From an uncultured Lachnospiraceae bacterium (GTDB taxonomy: Bacteria > Bacillota > Clostridia > Lachnospirales > Lachnospiraceae), in the NCBI GenBank assembly GCA_946611525.1, contig CAMODS010000001.1:1-29974 (forward strand): a DNA stretch of 29,974 nucleotides, read 5' to 3'. The position numbers and the translations under genes were made by a program. Each line of letters starts with the position of its first letter. The first letter of the stretch is position 1. A model generated the notes under the pieces. It had not been told where the DNA came from, did no database searches, and saw nothing but the letters and a program-made list of their open reading frames with translations. Of the stretch, positions 7,801 through 15,025 are shown one piece after another.

Positions 7801-8706
7801 ATGAAGATATCTTTTATCACGCCCTTTTATGATGGCAATAAATATATGCCAAAGTATCAGGAAATGATGGGGAAAAATGAAGAAAAGCTCAAGGCTTCAA
7901 ATAAGGTGGACGGTACCGATCTGTCCATGGAGGTGATCCTGGTAAACGACAGTCCCGGGATTGCCATAAGGCTTTCCGGTATATATGCAGGCAGGGAAAA
8001 CTGGCATATTATAACAAATGAAAAAAACTCCGGTATCCACGCATCGAGGGTTGCCGGGCTTAAGGCCGCAACGGGAGATGTGATCTGTTTTTTGGACCAG
8101 GACGACAGGATAAAGCCGGAGGCTGCTTTTGAGTTTCTTTTGGCGGCGGGGCGCCACCCTTATCATGTGATAGTTGCAAACGGTGATTTTGAGACTGGAA
8201 ATGAACTGCACCGCATATACCGTACAGAGGCTCACAAGGCAATGGTGGGTGATCTGTCTGCCTATATCAGGGTGGGTACCCAGATCATATCTCCGGGTCA
8301 ATGCGCCATTCCCCGGTCGGTGATACCGGAGTTCTGGTGCGAAAATATCCTGGGGAGAAACGGTGCAGACGACTATTTTTTGTGGCTTTTGCTTTTGGGC
8401 CAGGGTATAGGCTTTTTCTATCTGGACAGGAATCTCTATATCCACTCATATACCGGAGACAACCTGTCAGCGGATACCAAAGTGACGGATGATTCCACCT
8501 ATGAGTTTATTGATCTCTTAAAGAATAGCAGCTTTCTATCCGATGACGAGCAAAAAAAGCTGAGACGGATGATAAGCTATAAGGCTGAATTCCGCAGGTC
8601 GGGCATATTTAAAAAGATGGGCCTTACTCTAAAGAACATGGATATATTTACAGCAAACCTGCTGTATAAGCTTCGCACGAAAACCCCTTACGGGTATAAC
8701 AGGTGA
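7801..8706 (+). CDS. Glycosyltransferase family 2
   Basis: KISFITPFYDG, EVILVNDSPG, NSGIHASRVAGL, DxD motif FLDQDD, GADDYFLWL. Starts immediately after the DUF4422 stop. Confidence 0.88.
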   Translation: MKISFITPFYDGNKYMPKYQEMMGKNEEKLKASNKVDGTDLSMEVILVNDSPGIAIRLSGIYAGRENWHIITNEKNSGIHASRVAGLKAATGDVICFLDQDDRIKPEAAFEFLLAAGRHPYHVIVANGDFETGNELHRIYRTEAHKAMVGDLSAYIRVGTQIISPGQCAIPRSVIPEFWCENILGRNGADDYFLWLLLLGQGIGFFYLDRNLYIHSYTGDNLSADTKVTDDSTYEFIDLLKNSSFLSDDEQKKLRRMISYKAEFRRSGIFKKMGLTLKNMDIFTANLLYKLRTKTPYGYNR

Positions 8707-8707
8707 T

Positions 8708-9679
8708 ATGAAAACAGCGATCCTTTTGGCTACCTACAACAGCAAAGAGTATATCGGCGAGATGACGGCATCCCTTTTAAATCAGTCGGATGGGGACTTT
8801 GTCTGCTACGTACATGATGACGGTTCCGCAGACGGTACGGTTGATATCGTAAAGGAGCTGGCATCATCGCATCCCGACCGCTTTGTGATCCTGGAGGACG
8901 GCAGATCCCATCTGGGAGCAAAGGGCAACTTTATGCACCTTTTAAGATCCGTGGAAGCGGATGTTTATTTTTTTGCAGATGCCGATGATGTGTGGATGAA
9001 GGACAAGGTAAAAAGGTCAAAGGATGCACTTTTTGAACTCATGGATTCATGCGGCAATGATGTGCCCTGTGCGGTATTCTGTGATATGAAGGTAACGGAC
9101 GAGAAGCTGGGTGTTACCCATGAGTCTTTTATCAGATCCATAGACCGTGATCCTTCGTACCACAGCTATCAGGAGATCATCATGGATAATCCCGCCGCGG
9201 GCTGCAGCATGTGCTTTAACCGTGCATGCAGGGATATGGCGGTTTTTGCGGCTGTGCCTGAGGGGGAAAAACTTTATAAAAAAACAGAGGAGCTGGTGGA
9301 AATGCATGATGCATGGGTGCTTTTTACAGCGTCTCTTTTGGGAAGAGTGGAGGCCATAGATGAGCCTCTGGTCTACTACAGGCAGCATGGCGATAATGAG
9401 ATGGGAGCCAGGCAGGAGTCTGTGAGCCAAAAGGCGGGACGTAATGTGGGAGGTGCTATTGCCGGAGATCTGGCTTCAAAAAAGAAGGCCTACTACGACA
9501 ATGCAAAAAACCTGGCAAGGGCCGGGCTTTTGCTACAGGGTATAGACGAAGATAAAAGAAGGGTGCTAAAGGGCTTTGTGGGATTGGATAAAATATCAAA
9601 GCCTGCCCGCATATTCTTTTTGAAAAATAACGGTTTCAGGCGAAAAAAACGGTCACTGTGGATTTGGCTATGGGCCTGA
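8708..9679 (+). CDS. Glycosyltransferase family 2 (rhamnosyltransferase-like subgroup)
   Basis: ILLATYNSKEYI, HDDGSADGT, FFADADDVW, MHDAW, LVYYRQHGDNEMG resemble the RgpB/RfbN-type GT2 pattern. Specificity is not proven. Confidence 0.88.
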   Translation: MKTAILLATYNSKEYIGEMTASLLNQSDGDFVCYVHDDGSADGTVDIVKELASSHPDRFVILEDGRSHLGAKGNFMHLLRSVEADVYFFADADDVWMKDKVKRSKDALFELMDSCGNDVPCAVFCDMKVTDEKLGVTHESFIRSIDRDPSYHSYQEIIMDNPAAGCSMCFNRACRDMAVFAAVPEGEKLYKKTEELVEMHDAWVLFTASLLGRVEAIDEPLVYYRQHGDNEMGARQESVSQKAGRNVGGAIAGDLASKKKAYYDNAKNLARAGLLLQGIDEDKRRVLKGFVGLDKISKPARIFFLKNNGFRRKKRSLWIWLWA

Positions 9680-9692
9680 TTTGTGATATAAT
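9664..9692 (+). promoter_or_regulatory. Putative sigma-A promoter for valS with extended -10
   Basis: TTGGCT (9664-9669), 17-nt spacer, TG at 9684-9685 and TATAAT at 9687-9692. The -35 lies inside the end of the upstream GT gene. Confidence 0.7.
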
Positions 9693-9729
9693 ACTTGGGT
9701 TATTTTTATAGAAAGCACGAGGTTATCTT

Positions 9730-12384
9730 ATGAAGGAGCTTGCAAAAACCTACGATCCGAAAGGGATGGAGGATCAGATTTATAAAAACTGGGAGGAAAA
9801 GGGATATTTCCACGCTGCTGTGGATCGCAGCAAAAAGCCCTTTACCATTGTGATGCCGCCCCCCAATATCACGGGACAGCTTCATATGGGTCACGCCCTG
9901 GACAATACCATGCAGGACATTTTGATCCGTTACAAGAGGATGCAGGGCTACAATGCTTTATGGCAGCCGGGTACGGATCATGCAGCCATCTCCACTGAGG
10001 TAAAGGTCATCGAGAACCTGAAGTCCCAGGGTATCAGCAAGGACGAGCTGGGCCGAGAGGGCTTTTTGGAAAAGTGCTGGGAGTGGCGCAGGGAATACGG
10101 TGGACGTATCGTGAAGCAGCTAAAAAAGATCGGTTCCTCAGCAGACTGGGAGCGCGAGCGCTTTACCATGGATGAGGGCTGCTCCGAGGCTGTTGAAGAG
10201 GTCTTTGTAAAGCTCTACGAAAAGGGCTATATATACAAGGGAGAAAAGATCATAAACTGGTGTCCCGTTTGTCAGACCTCCATTTCCGATGCAGAGGTTG
10301 AGTACGAGGACCAGCATGGTCATTTCTGGCATATCAACTATCCCGTGGCCGGCGAGGAGGGGCGCTTTGTGCAGATAGCTACCACCCGTCCTGAGACTAT
10401 GCTGGGCGATACTGCGTTGGCGGTCCATCCCGATGATGAGAGATACAAGGATATTGTCGGGAAAAATGTGATCCTGCCTTTGGTGGGTCGCGAGATCCCC
10501 ATTGTTGCAGACGAGTATGTTGACATGGAGTTTGGTACCGGAGTGGTAAAGATAACGCCGGCACATGACCCCAATGACTTTGAGGTGGGTAAGCGTCATG
10601 ACCTGCCCATCATAAATGTATTAAATGACGATGCCACCATCAATGAAAACGGCGGCAAGTATGCGGGCATGGATCGTTATGAGGCCAGAAAGCTTATCGT
10701 CTCAGAACTCGAGGAGCAGGGCCTTTTGGTAAAGGTGGAGGATCACGATCACAATGTAGGTACCCATGACCGCTGCCACACTACGGTAGAGCCCATGGTA
10801 AAGCCCCAGTGGTTTGTGGCTATGTCAGAACTGGCAAAGCCGGCTATCGCCGCTATTGAAAAGGGTGAGCTGAAGTTCGTGCCCGAGCGTTTTGACAAGA
10901 CATATCTTCACTGGCTTGAAAATATCCGTGACTGGTGCATCAGCCGCCAGCTTTGGTGGGGACACCGCATCCCTGCATATTACTGCGATGAATGTGGTGA
11001 GATAGTAGTGGCACGATCAAAGGATGCTCCCGACGTATGCCCCAAGTGTGGCTGCACTCACATGCACCAGGATGAGGACAATCTGGATACCTGGTTTTCT
11101 TCTGCGCTTTGGCCCTTCTCTACTCTGGGATGGCCCAAAAGCACTGAGGAGCTGGATTACTTCTATCCCACTGATGTACTGGTGACAGGCTACGATATCA
11201 TCTTTTTCTGGGTGGTTCGAATGGTATTTTCAGGCTATGAGCACACCGGGAAGTCACCCTTCCACACTGTATTGATACACGGACTGATCCGTGATGATCA
11301 GGGACGCAAGATGTCAAAGTCCCTGGGCAATGGTATCGATCCCCTTGAGGTCATTGACAAGTACGGTGCCGATGCTCTTAGGCTTACACTTATAACGGGT
11401 AATGCACCCGGAAACGATATGCGCTTCTACTGGGAGCGTGTTGAAAACAGCAGGAATTTTGCCAATAAGGTATGGAACGCATCCAGATTCATCATGATGC
11501 ACCTGGAAGCCTTTGACGGCAAGGATCCCGGACTGGATGCCCTGTATCCCGAGGACAGATGGATACTTTCGCTGGTCAACACCGTGGCCCGTGATGTGAC
11601 CGAGAACATGGACAAGTTTGAACTGGGTATAGCAGTCCAAAAAGTATATGATTTCATCTGGGACGAGTTCTGCGACTGGTATATCGAGATCGTAAAGCCC
11701 AGACTTTACGCAAAGGCAGAGGATCCGAAGAGTGCCAATGCAGCACTTTGGACACTTAATACGGTGCTTACAAATGCACTCAAGCTTTTGCATCCCTATA
11801 TGCCTTTTGTAACTGAGGCAATATTTACATCGCTTCATCCCGAGGAGGAGTCCATCATGATCTCCGACTGGCCCGTGTACAGAGAGGACTGGCACTTTGC
11901 GGCAGAGGAGAGCGAGCTTGATCACGCCAAGGATCTGGTGCGCGGCATGAGAAATCTCCGCACCGATATGGACGTGCCTCCTTCCAAAAAGGCAAAGCTT
12001 TTTGTTACATCAGCCAAGGCAGATGTAAGGGATATTTTTGAAAAGGTAAAACACACGTATATGGGACTCGCCGGTGCCACCGAGGTTGTGGTACAGGAGG
12101 GCGATGCGGGTATCCCCGGGGATGCGGTTTCCTTTGTAATACCGGATGCGGTGGTATATGTACCGCTTGAGGATCTGGTGGACAAGGCAAAGGAGACAGA
12201 GAGGCTTACAAAGGAGCGTGACAGACTGGCCAAGGAGCTGGCGAGATCAAAGGGTATGCTCTCAAATGAAAAGTTCCTCTCCAAGGCTCCCGCAGAAAAG
12301 GTTGCCGAGGAAAAGGAAAAGCAGAAAAAATACGAGTCAATGATGGCAGATGTAGAAGCAAGACTTGCAGCCATGAAAAACTAA
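9730..12384 (+). CDS. valS: Valine--tRNA ligase
   Basis: PPPNITGQLHMGH (HIGH motif), GTDHAAIST, editing domain ATTRPETMLGDTA/GTGVVKITPAHD, DWCISRQLWWGH, KMSKS, and a C-terminal coiled coil (FLSKAPAEKV). 884 aa. Confidence 0.98.
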   Translation: MKELAKTYDPKGMEDQIYKNWEEKGYFHAAVDRSKKPFTIVMPPPNITGQLHMGHALDNTMQDILIRYKRMQGYNALWQPGTDHAAISTEVKVIENLKSQGISKDELGREGFLEKCWEWRREYGGRIVKQLKKIGSSADWERERFTMDEGCSEAVEEVFVKLYEKGYIYKGEKIINWCPVCQTSISDAEVEYEDQHGHFWHINYPVAGEEGRFVQIATTRPETMLGDTALAVHPDDERYKDIVGKNVILPLVGREIPIVADEYVDMEFGTGVVKITPAHDPNDFEVGKRHDLPIINVLNDDATINENGGKYAGMDRYEARKLIVSELEEQGLLVKVEDHDHNVGTHDRCHTTVEPMVKPQWFVAMSELAKPAIAAIEKGELKFVPERFDKTYLHWLENIRDWCISRQLWWGHRIPAYYCDECGEIVVARSKDAPDVCPKCGCTHMHQDEDNLDTWFSSALWPFSTLGWPKSTEELDYFYPTDVLVTGYDIIFFWVVRMVFSGYEHTGKSPFHTVLIHGLIRDDQGRKMSKSLGNGIDPLEVIDKYGADALRLTLITGNAPGNDMRFYWERVENSRNFANKVWNASRFIMMHLEAFDGKDPGLDALYPEDRWILSLVNTVARDVTENMDKFELGIAVQKVYDFIWDEFCDWYIEIVKPRLYAKAEDPKSANAALWTLNTVLTNALKLLHPYMPFVTEAIFTSLHPEEESIMISDWPVYREDWHFAAEESELDHAKDLVRGMRNLRTDMDVPPSKKAKLFVTSAKADVRDIFEKVKHTYMGLAGATEVVVQEGDAGIPGDAVSFVIPDAVVYVPLEDLVDKAKETERLTKERDRLAKELARSKGMLSNEKFLSKAPAEKVAEEKEKQKKYESMMADVEARLAAMKN

Positions 12385-12401
12385 TGAGAGAGGTGGTAAT
12401 C

Positions 12402-13058
12402 ATGAAAGATGAAGAACTTTTAAAAATGTGTGACCACACTTTACTGAAGGTGGACTCCACCTGGGATCAGGTGAGACAGCTCATTGATGAGGGCATCGAG
12501 TACGGATGCGCATCCGTATGCATCCCGGCATCATTTGTGGCTGTGGCTTCAGAGTATATCCGCGATGCCGGATCTGAGCTTCCGGTATGCACGGTCATCG
12601 GCTTCCCCAACGGATACAGTACCACCGCCACAAAGTGTTTCGAGGCGCATGATGCTGTGGAAAAGGGTGCTTCGGAGATCGACATGGTGATCAATGTAGG
12701 CTGGGTAAAGGAAGGCAGATACGACTTTGTGCTTGACGAGATCAATGCGGTTAAGGAGGCCTGTGATGGCAGACTTTTAAAGGTTATCATCGAGACCTGC
12801 CTTCTTACAGATGAGGAGATAGTGGAGATGTGTAATGTGGTGTCCGAGTCGGATGCTGACTTTATAAAGACCTCCACCGGTTTCTCTACCGAGGGTGCAA
12901 CCTTCCATGCGGTGGAGCTTATGGCAAAGAACATGACAAACGGCAAAAAGATCAAGGCTGCAGGTGGCATCACCACCGTTGATGATGCCATAAAGTTTGC
13001 AGAACTTGGAGCAGATCGTCTGGGTACCAGCCGTCTGGTAAAGCTTTTGAAAGGATGA
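12402..13058 (+). CDS. deoC: Deoxyribose-phosphate aldolase
   Basis: CDHTLLK, VCTVIGFPNG, EIDMVIN, LKVIIET, FIKTSTG (Schiff-base Lys), IKAAGGI, RLGTS. Start set at ATG 12402 after GAGGTG; 12384 is an alternative. Confidence 0.96.
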   Translation: MKDEELLKMCDHTLLKVDSTWDQVRQLIDEGIEYGCASVCIPASFVAVASEYIRDAGSELPVCTVIGFPNGYSTTATKCFEAHDAVEKGASEIDMVINVGWVKEGRYDFVLDEINAVKEACDGRLLKVIIETCLLTDEEIVEMCNVVSESDADFIKTSTGFSTEGATFHAVELMAKNMTNGKKIKAAGGITTVDDAIKFAELGADRLGTSRLVKLLKG

Positions 13059-13474
13059 GTATGACTATAGATCAACCCACTATCGACCACATGGTGTTTT
13101 TGGCAAAGGGTATGACAGAGCGTTCCTATGCTCCCTATTCCCATTTCCATGTGGGTGCGGCGCTTTTATGTGACGACGGAGCCATCTATACCGGATGCAA
13201 TATTGAAAATGCATCCTATGGCGCCACCAACTGTGCTGAGCGCACGGCGGTCTTTAAGGCAGTAAGCGAAGGCTATCATCATTTTTCGGCCATAGCCATT
13301 GCCGGCGGTCCCGAGGGAGTCATCGGTGATGCCTGCCCTCCCTGCGGTATCTGCCGACAGGTGCTTTCGGAGTTTTGTGACTCCGATATGCCGGTTTATC
13401 TTGCAAAGGCTGACGGCTACGACGAGTACACCCTTGGCGACCTTTTGCCACTGACATTTGATCTTTTGGAGTAA
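13055..13474 (+). CDS. cdd: Cytidine deaminase (homotetrameric, three-Cys Zn type)
   Basis: YAPYSHFHVGAA, GCNIENASYG, CAERTA, PCGICRQVLSEF, LLPLTF. ATGA overlap with deoC. Confidence 0.96.
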   Translation: MSMTIDQPTIDHMVFLAKGMTERSYAPYSHFHVGAALLCDDGAIYTGCNIENASYGATNCAERTAVFKAVSEGYHHFSAIAIAGGPEGVIGDACPPCGICRQVLSEFCDSDMPVYLAKADGYDEYTLGDLLPLTFDLLE

Positions 13475-13478
13475 TTGT

Positions 13479-13622
13479 ATGATAGATTTTGAAGAGGAAT
13501 TAAAGAATTTCACAAAGAGCATCGAGGTGGAGGACGCTGAGGACGCCATCCAGAGCCGTGACCTGACAGACATGATCGACATCCTAAAAGAGATCACCAT
13601 GGAAAGGAAGCGTAAGGGATGA
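13479..13622 (+). CDS. 47-aa acidic microprotein (not in the ORF track)
   Basis: ATG 13479 to TGA 13622 encodes MIDFEEELKNFTKSIEVEDAEDAIQSRDLTDMIDILKEITMERKRKG. GGAG RBS at 13468-13471. It fills the cdd-TPR gap exactly, and its stop overlaps the next ATG (ATGA). Confidence 0.82.
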   Translation: MIDFEEELKNFTKSIEVEDAEDAIQSRDLTDMIDILKEITMERKRKG

Positions 13623-15025
13623 ACTGTTACGTATGCAACATGGTGGTGGACCGCGAGGATGTATGCCCTGTCTGCGGCGCTGACGTGAGGGCATACCGCC
13701 ACATTATAAGAGCTTGTGATGAGGCCTACAATGACGGACTGCGCCGTGCCAAAATGCGGGATCTGTCAGGAGCCATCGAGAGTTTGAACCGTGCGCTTCG
13801 CTTCAACAAGCGTCACACGGATTCCCGAAACCTTTTGGGACTTGTGTACTACGAGTTTGGTGAGCCGGTGCTGGCTATGAGGGAGTGGGTTATCAGTAAA
13901 AACTTTTCTCCGCAGAACAACCGTGCCGATCTCTATCTTGACAAGATAGCCCACGGCAGCGGTGCACTAAAGCAGTTGGATGTGACGGTGAAAAAGTACA
14001 ACCAGGCCATCGAGTACTGCCATCAGGGCAACCGGGATCTGGCAAAGATCCAGCTTAAAAAGGTTATCACCATGAACCCTAAGATGGTAAGAGCCCGACA
14101 GCTTTTGGCACTTTTGCATATGCAGGACGGGGAATGGGAGCAGGCCAGAAAGGAACTCCATGCGGCAGGCAAGATAGACATGTCAAATCCCCGCACCATA
14201 GAATACATGCAGGAGGTCCGCTCAGTCCTTAACAGTGACGAGAAAAAGAAAAAGAAGAAAAAGCAGCCCCGCCCCACATCAGTTGATTTCAGGGACAACG
14301 TCGAGACGGCGGCACTTCCCAGGCAGACGCTGGTGGAGACCATTGACAATATGAAGGGCGGCATTTTTAATATTTTGATCGGAGGCCTTATAGGGCTTTT
14401 GGTAACGGTATTTTTAGTGGTACCCACAGTCAGGCAGAATGCCAATTCCACTGCGGCCAACGCTTTGGTATCCGCCAATGAGGAGGCGGCAGGTAACGCC
14501 AGTGACATCGTGGCACTAAATGCCCAGATCGAAGATCTGAATAAAAGACTTGAAAAGTATGAGGGACAGTCCGACATCAAGGGCTCTTATGAGCAGCTGA
14601 TGAAGGCGCTGTCAATGATGAACTCCGAGGAGCCGGATGCCAGGGTTGCGGCAACCGAGCTTTCCAAGGTCAACAAGAGCCTTTTGGAGAATGAGGGCAA
14701 GAGGACGTACGATGCGCTTTCTTCCATAGTGGAGGGCGCAGTGGCGGATCAGTATTTCAATGAAGGCGAGGAGGCCTTCAACGAAAAGGACTATCCAAAA
14801 GCCATAGAGGCATACCGCGAGGTGATCAAGGCTGACAAGACGTATGGCGAAGGCCAGGCCATGTTTAATCTTGCCAGAAGCTACCAGTTGTCCGAGGACT
14901 TCGAAAAGGCGATGAAGTATTATAATAAGGTGATAGAGCTTTTCCCTGACAGGCGCATAGCGGGTCAGGCCAGATATCGTATCGGCCAGATCCCAGAGGA
15001 GTACAGAAATGTCGAGGAACAGTAA
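13619..15025 (+). CDS. Zinc-ribbon + TPR + single TM + coiled-coil + TPR protein
   Basis: N-terminal CYVC...CPVC. TPR-like repeats (YNDGLRRA, RNLLGLVYYEFGE, YNQAIEYC, RQLLALLHM), a K7 run, a hydrophobic segment GIFNILIGGLIGLLVTVFLVVP, a coiled coil, and C-terminal TPRs (YFNEGEEAF, AMFNLARSYQ). Confidence 0.85.
   Translation: MNCYVCNMVVDREDVCPVCGADVRAYRHIIRACDEAYNDGLRRAKMRDLSGAIESLNRALRFNKRHTDSRNLLGLVYYEFGEPVLAMREWVISKNFSPQNNRADLYLDKIAHGSGALKQLDVTVKKYNQAIEYCHQGNRDLAKIQLKKVITMNPKMVRARQLLALLHMQDGEWEQARKELHAAGKIDMSNPRTIEYMQEVRSVLNSDEKKKKKKKQPRPTSVDFRDNVETAALPRQTLVETIDNMKGGIFNILIGGLIGLLVTVFLVVPTVRQNANSTAANALVSANEEAAGNASDIVALNAQIEDLNKRLEKYEGQSDIKGSYEQLMKALSMMNSEEPDARVAATELSKVNKSLLENEGKRTYDALSSIVEGAVADQYFNEGEEAFNEKDYPKAIEAYREVIKADKTYGEGQAMFNLARSYQLSEDFEKAMKYYNKVIELFPDRRIAGQARYRIGQIPEEYRNVEEQ

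Noticed and set aside
14240-14265. A-rich run (K7) in the TPR gene as a programmed frameshift site
   Set aside because: The frame stays open with a coherent downstream TM and TPR region. Lys codons are mixed AAA/AAG, which fits a basic cytoplasmic patch before the TM helix.
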